Below are positions 11,730 through 24,300 of a stretch of DNA of 64,000 nucleotides, piece by piece. The stretch lies in the NCBI GenBank assembly GCA_964016885.1, contig OZ024742.1:296856001-296920000 (forward strand). Reading direction: 5' to 3'. Under the pieces are notes generated by a model. The model was not told the DNA's origin, did not search any database, and was given only the letters and a program-made list of their open reading frames with translations. Every line of letters begins with the position of its first letter. The first letter of the stretch is position 1. The position numbers were made by a program, and so were the translations under genes. Source of the DNA: Eledone cirrhosa. Lineage: Eukaryota.

Positions 11730-14188
11730 TGTGTCAAGGCAAAGCAGGATTTTGTCGGGGAGAAGTGTGTCCATAATGATGATGGTGAACTTTCCCTCAC
11801 TGATACTGATAAGAATATAGCTTGGAAGTGTCACTACGAGTGACTACTAAATGTGGAGAATAAATGGGAAAAAGATAGTCTGCCCCAAATCAATCCAATA
11901 GAAGGACCAGTGGTGCAAGTTAAAGGTAGTATAATAAGTAAGGCAATCAAAGATGTGAAGACAGGCAAGGCAGCTGGGCCTTCGGAGATAGTTGCTGAGA
12001 TGTTGAAAGCATCTGGAATGGTGGGACACACTATGGTCACCTGGATAGTAAACCAAGTAATACAGAATCGGGTCATACCAAATGACTGGCGTAGCAGCAT
12101 CATCATTAACTGCTACAAGGGTAAAAGAGATGCTCTAGATAGGGGAAACTATAGAGGCATTAAGTTAGTTGACCAGGTCATGAAGGTCACAAAAAGAGTT
12201 ATAGCGCAACTAATCAGAGAGCGAATTGATCTAGATGAAATGCAGTTTGGGTTTGTGTCAGGTAAAAGTACAACAGACGCTCTTTTCCTTGTACGACAAC
12301 TACAGGAGAAGTACCTAGCTAAAAGTAAACCCCTCTACTTTTGTTGACTTGGAGAAAGCCTTTGACAGAGTCCCACGCTGCATTATCTGGTGGGCTCTTA
12401 AAAAACTAGGTGTAGATGGATGGCTTGTGAGAGCTATACTAGCCATGTATACAGAAACAGTCAGCAAGGTTAGAATTAACAGTGATTATAGTGAAGAATT
12501 TAGCGTAAAAGTTGGTGTTCATCAAGGCTCTATCCTTAGCCCCCTCCTATTTATTATTGCCCTTCAGGCTATAACAGAGGAGTTCAAGACTGGCTTCCCA
12601 TGGAAACTTCTATACACAGATGATCTAACTCTTATAGCTGTATCGATGGGTGAACTAGAGAAGAAATTCAAAACATGGAAGCATGGCCTAGAAACAAAAG
12701 GCCTTAACCCTTTAATGTTCAAACCGGCCAAAACCGGCCAGAATTCTCTACCTCTACCTGTTGAAACTGGCTGTAACTGGTCACTCAAACTGATGTTAAG
12801 GTATTGTTCTCAAAATATATACTTTAAAAATCTCATAGATTCGATATTATGTGAGATATTATGTGAGGTAAAGCCTTTACCATGAAAATACAATAGTATA
12901 TATAGAGTAATGTGAATGCTAAAGGGTTAAAGTTAACTTGTCTAAGACTAAAGTTCTAGTATGTAGAAAGAAAAATAGGGCACAGGTGCCATCTGGGAAA
13001 TGGCCATTTTATATCCCAAATGCAAAATAGGAGTACATAAAAGATGTAGTGGGATCACAGGTAAGCTGTCTAAGAACGTAGATTTTATATGTGGCCGATG
13101 CTCAGGTGCAATAAGTAGCAAGTGCCCACATGATACTAGCTCCTTCTATTGCCCAGATGGTTCTATAGAAATATTGGACACTTTCTGATACCTGGGTGAC
13201 AAAATCAGCAGTGGTGGTGGGTGCTCTGAAAGTACAGTAGCCAGAGTCAGAACAGGATGGAAAACGTTTGGAGAGCTTATACCACTATTGGCCACTAAAG
13301 GTTTCTCTCTAAAAATGAAAGGCAGATTGTATGATGCAATGTTAATTGTATGATGCAGATTGTATGATGCAATGTTAACAACAATGTTACATGGCAGTGA
13401 GCCATGGGCATTGTTGTGCAGAGGACATGTGCAGACTGGAGAGGAACAAAGCATGCATGTTCCATTGGATGTGTAATAGTAATATACGCGAATGGCAAAG
13501 CATAAATGAACTAAATGATAAATTAGGAATAAGAGGCATCAGATGCTGTTTACTCGAGAGAAGACTATGTTGGTATGGTCACGTGATGGACATGAAATAC
13601 GGCAGCTGTATAAAAAAGTGCAGGGTGATCAAAATTGATGGATGTTACGGAGTAGGTAGACTCAGAAAAACCTGGGATGGTTTGATAAATTCTGACCTTA
13701 CACACTTGCACCTCTCTAAGACAATGTCACTGGACCGAGATCTTTGGCACCATGCAGTAATACAGAAGACCCGCATTGCCTATGTACAAAGCGAAACCTA
13801 CAGTCAGTAGGCGCCTCCTAACCAAATATACACCCCATCCCACTACGCCTACTCCACCCTCCCACTCTCACCAACATAACCCTTTCTCTGTAAAGTCATG
13901 TTGCTATCACAACATCCAGTCCAAAATAAATGAGGTCGTGTAGGTGTCATGACAAAAGAACACACGTCCACGCTGTAATGTGGCCGTGTAGGTAACATGG
14001 TAAAAACCTCCCAGTCCACACTGTAAATATGGTTGGTGTTAGGAAGGGCATCCAGCCGTAGAAAACGTGCCAGACAGTCCTATATGAGCGAGACATGCTC
14101 ACCCAACCAATCTTGTCTTAAGTGGGACAATTCCCATCTAAACCCATGCTAGCATGGAAGACAGATGTTAAATGATGATGATGATATC
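11730..14188 (+). mobile_element. RTE family A-like, 5'-truncated and frameshifted, carrying a MITE insertion
   Basis: ORF pieces 11853-12347, 12349-12700, 13000-13188, 13391-13810 (NYRGIKL, EKAFDRV, HQGS, YTDD); (GAT)n tail. Confidence 0.92.
12708..12926. mobile_element. piggyBac-type MITE with TTAA TSD, inserted in the RTE RT region
   Basis: TTAA at 12704-12707 and 12927-12930; TIRs CCCTTTAATGTTCA / CCCTTTAGCATTCA (reverse complement); removing it restores GLKVNL. Confidence 0.85.
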
Positions 14189-14208
14189 ATATATATATAT
14201 ATCATTAA

Positions 14209-14257
<49 letters not shown>

Positions 14258-14795
14258 GGTAGCCATGGAGTAGGCAGACCCAGAAAAACCTGGGACGACT
14301 TGATAAATTATGACCTCACACACTTACTCCAAGACAATATCATTGGACCGAGATTTTTGGCGCTACACAGTTATACAGAAGACCCGCCTTACCTAAGTAC
14401 AAAGTGAAATCTACAGTCAGTAGGCACCTCTAACAAAATACACCTCCGTCCCACTACCCCCACCCCATCCACACCACCCCCTTCAATGTGAAGTTATGTT
14501 GGTACCACATCATCCAGTCCAAAACAAATGAGGTCGTGTAGGTGTCACGACAAAAAAAACACACAGTCCACGCTGTAATGTGGCCTTGTACGTAACACGG
14601 TAAATATCTCCCAGTCCACTCTGTAAACGTGGTTGGTGTTAGGAAGGGCTTCCAGCCGTAGAAAACCCGCCAGACAGTCCTATACGGGCAGGACAACCAA
14701 TCTTGCCTCAAGTGGGAAAACTCCCGTCCAAACCCATGCAAGCGTGGAAGATGGACGTTAAACGATGATGATGATGATAATGATGATGATGATGA
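14258..14795 (+). mobile_element. RTE family A short 3' fragment
   Basis: GSHGVGRPRKTWDDLIN, 3' UTR and (GAT)n tail, between (TA)n tracts. Confidence 0.9.
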
Positions 14796-14797
14796 TT

Positions 14798-14829
<32 letters not shown>

Positions 14830-15167
14830 TCATCATCATCATCATCATTTCATTTTACGTCCACTTTTCCCTGCTTGCAAGGGTGGCACGGCAACTGGTT
14901 CTGGCTTGATTTCTACAGCTGGATGCCCTTCCTAACACCAACCTCATTTACAGTGCTGAGTGCTTTTTGCCGTAGCACCTCCACGACCACTTTGCAGTGG
15001 AAAGATAGGGACCCCAGTCCCTATCATCTCATTTCTACAGCTGAGTAAACTGGAGCAATGTGAAATAAAGTGTCTTGCTCAAGGAAACAACACATCACCC
15101 GGTCTGAGAATTGAACTCACCTTTCGATTGCAAGGCCAATGCTCTAACCACTAAGCCATGTGCCTCC
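14830..15167 (-). mobile_element. tRNA-CORE-like SINE with RTE tail (same family as 3288-3632)
   Basis: Near-identical reverse complement of 3288-3632. Confidence 0.92.
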
Positions 15168-15197
15168 ATGTGTATATATAAAAGCTGACCATACCCA

Positions 15198-15261
15198 CTC
15201 TGAACACATCACCCGCTCTGAACACATCACCCGCTCTGAACACATCACCTGCTCTGAACAC
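15198..15261. repeat. 18-bp tandem repeat AACACATCACCCGCTCTG, about 3.5 copies
   Basis: Units at 15203, 15221, 15239. Confidence 0.9.
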
Positions 15262-15469
15262 ACACACATATATATTAATATTCTATGTTCCTTGAAACCT
15301 ATATTTACTATTTCCCACTAATAATTTTAATCCCCTCCCCCCCCCCCTATAATTATCTGTATTTGTAAGCGTGGATGTATGTATGTGTATGTAAGTAGGT
15401 ATGTATGTTTGGGTGTTTATATGTGAGTATAAAAATACATATGTGCGCATGTAAATAAGTGTGTAAGAT

Positions 15470-15510
<41 letters not shown>

Positions 15511-15693
15511 ATGTATGTATATATATGTGTATATATATGTGTGTATGTATATGTCTATGTATATATATGTGTGTATGTATATATGTATGTGTGCGTGTGT
15601 ATGTGTATATATATTTGTAGAGATGTGTGCATAATTGTCTGACTGTGTGTATTTATTTATTTATTTATTTATTTATATATATATATATATGTG

Positions 15694-15727
<34 letters not shown>

Positions 15728-16141
15728 TATGTATATGTGTGCGTGTGTGTATATATATTTATGTGTATGTATATATCTCTCTCTCTATATATATATATAT
15801 GTATATGTGTGTATGTATATCTCTTTATTTATGTATGTCTGAGTTGTGTGAGCGTGTGGTTGTATGTGTATATACATACATGGATATGTGTATGTGTGTG
15901 TATATATACGTATATGTATGTGTGTGTGTGTATATATATGTATATATGTGTATATATGTGTGTATATATATGTGTGTGTATGTATATATGTATATGTATG
16001 TATGTGTGTATGTGTATGTACATATATGTGTATATGTATATATGTGTGTTGTGAATATATGTATATATATATGTGTGTATGTATGTGTGTCTATGTATTT
16101 ATATATGTATATGTATGTGTCTCTATATATATATATGTATG

Positions 16142-16214
<73 letters not shown>

Positions 16215-16570
16215 CGGTGTGTATTTTATGTATGAGTATATATTTTATTTGTTTATTTTTTTAAATATATTTCTTTTTATTTCTAAATTTATAGATACAT
16301 TTTATAAATAGGCAGTTCTCTGACACCCTTAGTAATTACTGACCCCCTTCACCTACTTCTGCATCTAGATGTAAAAATGTATGTGGCAGTGTTTATGTGT
16401 GCGCCTTAATATCCATATAGTTATAATAATAATATATACATATGTGTGTGTGTGTGTGTGTGTGTGTATGTCCGTGGGTATGTGTATGTTTATGTGTATA
16501 TGCGCGTGTGTGTGTGAATGTATGTATATGTGTGTATATATGAATGTATATATGTTTATATACGTATGTG
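15470..16570. repeat. (TA)/(TG)/(TATG) low-complexity tract
   Basis: Direct inspection. Confidence 0.95.
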
Positions 16571-16821
16571 TATTTTATCTGTAGATTATAAACATACAGA
16601 GACATTAGCCCTGAATTTTTGTATTTACATACTTTTTTTTCGACATGCGTATGCATGTGCACATATATTTTTATGCATATCTGTGAACGAAGTTACTTAC
16701 ATATATACACACACCTAACTGTATTTTCTTGATATATTTTTGTGTATTTCATTGGTCAATTTGAACTCTGTTCCCAAACAGACCTGTAATTTTGAATTGT
16801 TGTTATTATCAATAAATATAT

Positions 16822-16974
16822 TTCATTATTTCTGAAGACAGCATATGTATGTGTTGGTATGTATATTATATTTGATAGTTTGTATAATTTTGTATAATTT
16901 TGTACATAGATCTGTTGAATATGCATGCCAATTCTAACACATATATGTCCTAGAAACGATCGTTAAATAATGAA
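16822..16974 (+). ncRNA. Type I hammerhead ribozyme motif with long stem II
   Basis: TTCATTATTT-CTGAAGA-[CAGCATATGTATGTGTTGG...CTAACACATATATGTCCTA]-GAAA-CGATCG-TT-AAATAATGAA; stem I is a perfect 10 bp and stem III is the palindrome CGATCG. Confidence 0.7.
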
Positions 16975-17168
16975 CTTTTTTTGTTTAATATAAGGAACTG
17001 TTTCATTGTTTTATTCATTATTTTTTTAATACTTTATCTTGACTCTGTATTCCGTTTATCTTTCACCGAAAGTGATTTTTGAATGCATCTCTTCTTTCCA
17101 TGATATCCGGATTACATTGAGTTCTTCATACGGATTGGACACTACCGTAAACTCTTGGTAGATTTATC

Positions 17169-17216
<48 letters not shown>

Positions 17217-17338
17217 TTATATATATTTAGGGATTTTAACGTCGAGTAGGTGTAGGTTCACAAGAGTGATCACTCAATGTGTAGTTTCCAGTAAGTGTAG
17301 AGGTGTAGTACTAAGCAGAGTGTAATGATAATAATAAC

Positions 17339-17370
<32 letters not shown>

Positions 17371-17373
17371 TAA

Positions 17374-20300
17374 TATTAACCTGGATGGTCACTTAATCGG
17401 GGATTGCCCCAACTCGAGTCCTCCATATCTACCACCCAAACCATCTCAAAAAGAAAACCTAAAAGGATGAAATGGTCCCGAGATGAGTATAAAGAAGTAA
17501 TATATGCATATTACTATGCATTCGGTAAGCAATCACAAGACAGACACACTTTAAACTCCTACAAAATCTGGAAAACTCGGAATCAAACTAGCAGACGTGA
17601 TATGGATGGAAATAAGTTGGCAAATGTAAGGAGGTATATCTTCAGAAATAATAGACTCACAGAAACTGAACTAACTGCGATCAAGCAGGCTGTGGAGAAT
17701 GACATAAGTATAAATGATGAAAGAACTGAAGAATCTCCTGGAGATAGTAACCAGTCACAAGTCTTTACTGAAAGACCTCCATCTGACCAAACCACAAATA
17801 GGTTTATAGAAATGAGAAGCCCTATTGAACCCGCTGAAAATAGCCAGGAGAGGGACTTAGAAACAGTAATTGAAAACCAAACATCTGCTGAAGAACACAG
17901 GGAGACTATGAATGAATTAAAGCAAAAAATACTGAATGAGCTTGCAGTAGTAAGACATTCTAGTATAAATGATAGAGAACCACTTCAAAAACTCCCAAAT
18001 ACAATACCAAAATAATAAACAAATAATTGTTTCTACGTTAGGCACAAGGCCAGCAATCACCCAGTGTATTACTGGTACTTTATTTTATCGACCCCGTAAG
18101 GATGAAAGGCAAAGTTAACCAAATAATGATTGGTAATTCTGTGACAAAAGAAATCATAGAACTAGAACCTGATCTTACTGAGTTAAATGAAATCATTTAT
18201 AGAGTAATTGAAACAAGTTGTTTACCACCCAAAAAACAAAAAAACGTTGAACCTCCAAGGTAAACCAATTTGGAGTAGTAGCATCAAAAAGGAAATTGAC
18301 GTGATGAGAGGAGAAATATCTTTATTGAGTGAAATGATATAAGATCCAAGAAGGTAAGAAAGCTAAAGAGAAAATATGGACTGCCTTCTAGAGAAGCAAT
18401 AGTTTCAACAAAAGAATCTCTGAAACAAAAAGTCCCAGTAAAAGCCCAACGAATTCGTAGATTCGAGAAGCGAAACAACTTCTACAGGCAAAATAAGTTG
18501 TTCTCATTCAATGCCAAGTCATTTTATAGAGAAGTAGGGGAGAAAAAAATAATTATTGACGTTGAAAACTTCTGGAGTAAGATTTGGAGTGATGAGAAGA
18601 CATATAATGCTAATGTAGATTGGATTAGTCGCCTGGAAAAGTCCTACACAAATTTAGAAGAACAGGCATGGGAAGACATCTCTATAGCGGACTTAAGGAC
18701 AGCACTCAATAAATCTCATAAAGGGAAATCTCCTGGTAGAGACAGGCCAAATTTTTGGCTTTCCTCACTCCTGTGCACTCACAATATATTGGTCAAGCTG
18801 TTTAATGGAATTATGAAAGATCCAAAAAATACACCTGATTGGATAGCAAGTGGCATTACCTACCTTCTACCAAAGAACAATGAAACCAAAGATCCAAAAA
18901 ACTATCAGCCCATAACCTGCTTGCCCACCACTTATAAACTATTAACCTCTATTCTCAAGGAAAAAGCATACGTGTTTTTGGAGGAGAACAATCTTTTCCC
19001 CATTGAACAAAAAGGGTGCCGACGAGGTTCATATGGTTGCAAAGATCAACTTTTGATTAATCGTATGATCCTTGAGAACTGTCATAATAAACACAGAAAT
19101 CTCAGTTCTGCATGGATCGATTATAAAAAAGCCTTTGACAGTATACCACACTAATGGATCCTGAAATCACTGGACATCTTCAAAATCTCACCTGTGATCT
19201 CAAACTTCCTGAAACACAATATGTCATTATGGAACACAAATCTCCAATTGTCTCATTCCACTGTGGTACTGTGCTCTAGGAATATAAACATCAACTGTGA
19301 TATATTCCAGGGTGACTCACTTTCACTCTTGCTTTTCTGCATAGCTTTAATACCCCTTACATCTGAACTTAATAGAACAGCGTATGGTTATAGAATTGAC
19401 AACAAAAAAATAAGCCACCTATTTTATATGGATGATTTGAAGCTATATTGCAAAGATAATTACAAACTGGAAGGCCTTTTGCGGACAGTAAAAACGTTTA
19501 GCGATGACATCAGGATGGAATTTGGACTTGACAAGTATGCAAAAGGCACTTTTAAGAAGGGGAAGCTTATCAACTCAGACTCAGTTGAATTGGATGCTGA
19601 AACAATCATATAGGAACTTGAGCAGGAACAAACCTATAAATACTTAGGGATTAATGAGGGCTCTCGCATACAGCATGCAAGTATGAAAGAGAGGATAAGG
19701 AAAGAATGTTACAGGAGATTACGTGCAGTTCTGAGATCAGAACTAAACACTTGTAACAAGGTGCTAGCCATAAATTCCTTGGGAGTCCCAGTTGTTACTT
19801 ATAGCTTTGGTGTGTTGAACTGGAATATGAGTGAAATCAAAAGAATCGATACCAAAGTCCGTAAGCTACTGACCTGTAATAGGATGCACCACCCAAAAGC
19901 AGATGTGGATCATCTTTACCTTCCTAGAACTCAAGGAGGCCGTGGCCTGATCCAATTTGAACTTGCTTACAAGACCACCATCTTTGGACTGGCCAAATAC
20001 CTTGAAACAACTAACGACTGTATGCTGAAACTTGTTGAAAAGCATGAGAGAAGTAAGAAGCTTCATCATATCTTGAAGGAGGGCAAAAAATATGCTACTG
20101 ATCTCATGCTTGATACCCAGGCTGGACAGACTAAAGAAACTGTTGCAACTGATGCTGCTAGGCACATAAAATCACTGGCAAAAGCAAAAGAGCAAAGACA
20201 ATTAGCATCAAATTGGGAGCAGAAACCTCTGCATGGCAAATATGTGGCCCGTAGCAAACAAGCTGATGTTGACCAAAAGCACACCCATCAGTAGCTACAT

Positions 20301-21170
20301 AGGTCAGGGCTAAAGGCGGAGAGTGAAGGCTTCATCTTAGCTGCCCAAGATCAAAGCTTATTGACTTGTAATTACCAGGCCAATGTGATGAGAAATGAAA
20401 TAAACCCAAAGTGCCTATTCTGCAATGCTGAGGTTGAAACAGTGGATCACTTAGTCTCTGGATGTAAAGTTTTAGCAGCAGTAGAATACAAATATAGACA
20501 TGACAGAGTTGGCCAATATCTACACTGGGTAATATGTCAGCATTACAAAATCAAAGCTGTAGACAAGTGGTACAATCATCACCCTGAGGCTGTAATTGAA
20601 GGAGAAAAAGTAACAATTCTCTGGGACTTTCCTGTACATACTGACAGGACCATAAAAGCAAATAGACCTGACATCATTGGAAAAGATCAACATAGCAAGG
20701 TCTGTTTATTGTTAGATATGAGCATCCCATGTGATCACAATATCGCGGCAAAAGAATTTGACAAGCTACGAAAATATAAAGATCTGCTTATTGAAATTGA
20801 GAAAATGTGGCACTTCAAGGCCGTTACAATACCAGTGATTGTGGGAGGACTGGGAATGATCAAGAAAGGAACAGAACAATATTTGTGAATGATTCCTGGT
20901 TTACACTCTCTGCAAGAGGTGCAAAAAATTGTTTTGACTGGTACTGCACACGTATTGAGAAGAGCACTATCTCTGTAAGATTGATAACCCTCCTTGTATT
21001 TACATATGCATATGCACATGTGTATATATGTATCCTGTTTTTTTTTTTGTTTTTTTTTTATTATAATCAATGTACTGTATTAACTGGCTTACCAATGCAC
21101 ACTGTGAATTTTTTGCCCTAGGTGTCAGGAAGACACTCGGCATATATCTCAGAAACAATAATGAAAGAAA
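17374..21170 (+). mobile_element. R4/Dong-clade non-LTR retrotransposon (RT plus restriction-like endonuclease), nearly full length, inactivated
   Basis: RMKWSRDEYKEVIYAYY N-terminus; RT motifs YQPITCL, EQKGC, IDYKKAFDSIPH, IFQGDSLS, YMDDLKLY; CCHC knuckle CLFC..ETVDHLVSGC; RHD; ILWD..NRPDII..LLDMSIP..KY; (TAA)n on both flanks; multiple stops and frameshifts. Confidence 0.92.
18028..18120 (-). mobile_element. 5'-truncated Deu/Nin-like SINE inserted in the Dong element
   Basis: Matches the SINE 3' half; TSD AAATAAT at 18021-18027 and 18121-18127. Confidence 0.88.
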
Positions 21171-21254
21171 ATAAGAATAATAATAACAATAATAATAATA
21201 ATAAAAGGACGATTTGTTATGTCTTCATTACGCTTATTGAGTAGTGACGCACGT

Positions 21255-21327
21255 AGAACTAGCCATCATATATGTTTCTTTATATATATATATATATATA
21301 TAAAGAAACATATATGATGCTAGTTCT
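21255..21327. repeat. Palindrome centred on (TA)n
   Basis: AGAACTAGCCATCATATATGTTTCTT-(TA)n-AAGAAACATATATGATGCTAGTTCT, one-base indel between arms. Confidence 0.9.
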
Positions 21328-22054
21328 CATAAATATTATAACACTTTCTGACAGCCATCATGTGACAATTATTAAAATATGTCTTTCTAGTATCAGAAGA
21401 CCTGAAGCAATGAAATCAATTAGTATTTAACAATGTGTTATATACATAAAAAAAAAGTAAATTATATTTGTAGCTTGTAGATAGTTAAGAATTATCATTT
21501 CACTTCACATCCTCTTTTTGTTTATTTCAAATAGGAATAACATTGGAAACACACAAATCTCTAATTAGTCAGTCATTGAGTTTGAATCCCGCTGTGCTCA
21601 ATTTTGATTTCTATCTTCTCAGTAATCACTAATTAGGCAGTGAATTAGCAGAGCCATTTGAGCATTGCAGTAAATACTTTACAGTATTTGTTTTAACTTT
21701 CTCTTCTCTGAATTTGAATCTTACTGCAGTCAATTTTCTGGTGGATTGAAAGACTTTTTAGAGCATTAGATGATATACCTTGCAGTACTTGTTCTGACTG
21801 TGTGTTTTCTTTAGTTCAAATCCTGCCTCCTGTTACCAGAAAAAATATACCTCCTCTGAGATGCAGTCTCATATGAAACCAGGAATAAAATAGCCTTTTA
21901 ATACAAGTATCAGTACCAGGAGACAATAATGTATATCTAAAAGAAAAAGATAAATTCATCCAAATATAAAGATATGGAAATAGAGAGATAACTGTCGTCA
22001 AAAGAAAAGGAATAGATACCTTAGAAATGATTGGAAAAGATTGAAACAAATACA

Positions 22055-22438
22055 TCTCAGACCGGGTGATGTGTTGTTTCCTTGAGCAAGACACTTCATT
22101 TTACATTGCTCCAGTTTACTCAGCTGTAGAAATGAGATGATAGGACTAGGGTCCCTATCATTCCACTGCAAAGTGGTCATGGAGGTACCACGACAAAAAA
22201 GCACCCAGCCTACACTGTAAAGTGGACGTGTAGGCGCCACAGAAAAAAAGCACCCGGCACTCACTGTAAATGAGGTTGGTGTTAGGAAGGGCATCCAGCT
22301 GTAGAAATCAAGCCAAAATCAGTTCCCGTATGAGCAAGACAAGGTCAGCCGACTGAACACTGCCCACAACAGCACTACCTGTCTAACCCATGCTAGCGTG
22401 CAAGAACGGACGTAAAACATTGATGATGATGATGATGA
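22055..22438 (+). mobile_element. 5'-truncated tRNA-CORE-like SINE with complete RTE family B tail
   Basis: Same body as the 3288 SINE but ends ...GTCTAACCCATGCTAGCGTGCAAGAACGGACGTAAAAC(GAT)n, as in family B LINEs. Confidence 0.88.
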
Positions 22439-22956
22439 CATCATGCAAACCATAGGCTTACACATACATATACAACCAACACAAAATAGTAAGCACTACT
22501 CAGTGTTACAGGAAATACAAAACTAAACTAAAATCCTATATAGCCAAGGTCCATAGAATTGCACTGGGTAGAAGCATGCAAATATAATATAACCTCTGAA
22601 AAATAATAAATATTAACACAATAGATCTTTACTTCATAATTTTGGAAAACAACCATTAATATTGATTAAATACAAACAAATAATTTTTAAGAAAATGACA
22701 AAGATTATCTGTGTAAGTAATATATTGATTTATTAGTGAAATGTTATTGCCTGTTACCTCATATAAGTAATGTATTGAACATATCCATATTGGTCATTGA
22801 CTGACTGTCCATCATGTGTAAACCAGCTAACAGAACACAAATTGAATCACCACTAAACAGATTCACTCACAAACAAGTAACACATTACTGACAAAAATGA
22901 TGACACATGAAATAGATGACCTGGCTTTACTCCTCAATTCTCAAACATAATATAAT

Positions 22957-23137
22957 TATTTCTACTTTTGACACAAGGTCAGCAATTATCCCAATGCATT
23001 ACTGGTACTTTATTTTATCGACCCCGTAAGGATGAAAGGCAAAGTTAACCTCGGCGGTTTTTTAACTCAGAATGGCAAGGACCATAACTCTATGTGTCAA
23101 AGCATGGTATCCGACTTTCTACTGAAACTGCCAATCC
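22957..23137 (-). mobile_element. Deu/Nin-like SINE
   Basis: Full-length match; approximate TSD ATAATATAAT / ATAATATAGT. Confidence 0.88.
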
Positions 23138-23887
23138 TATAATATAGTGAAAACAGGTGCACAACAACTCATCAAAGATGTATGTATAGTACATAGAATA
23201 ATTTACAAATTTCAGGAAAGTGAACAGTGTATGAGTCATGATATACACACAGATACATGCGTGTGCATGTGTATGGAGGGGCAATATCAAGGGTAGTGTT
23301 GGCAAATTCCGAGAAACATGGAAGTTTTGAAGGAAGCAGTGTATAACAGAAAAAGTGGAAAAAGTAGACACGAGGCTAGTACATTTCTATATTACATGTA
23401 TATTTTACACCTACACTTCATACAAGGTCCACAGCTATGACAATATTTCCATAAGAAATAGCATAATAACAAATAACAAATATAATATTGAGTCCCAACA
23501 GAGAAGCTAATTTGAGTTGATATATGATCAAAATCAAAAGATATCAGACATCAAAGAAGGACACTTGAAGGAATACATCATATAAACAAAAAAAAATGAA
23601 CACATATTCTCCATCTTGTCCCGCCGGGACCCAGAGGGTAAGTTAGTTGGAGGTAGAGAATACTAGTTTGGACCTCACTTTCTCTTTATTCTTTTTTGAA
23701 ATCTCTTCAAAGGTCACTATGAACACATATAAAAACAGTAAACATGGAAACAAAAATATTAAAATGAAAAACCTTCAAATCGTAATCCATGGTGGTAACA
23801 CTTAAAAATAGGCAAAAATGAAATAAAAACGAACACAGAAAAAATTGAAATAAAAGTAAATATGAGACAGTGTATATAAATAATGTT

Positions 23888-24300
<413 letters not shown>

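Noticed and set aside
15627-16718. Y/I/C/V/M-rich ORFs (also 57676-57999 and 59360-59615)
   Set aside because: Translations of dinucleotide microsatellites.
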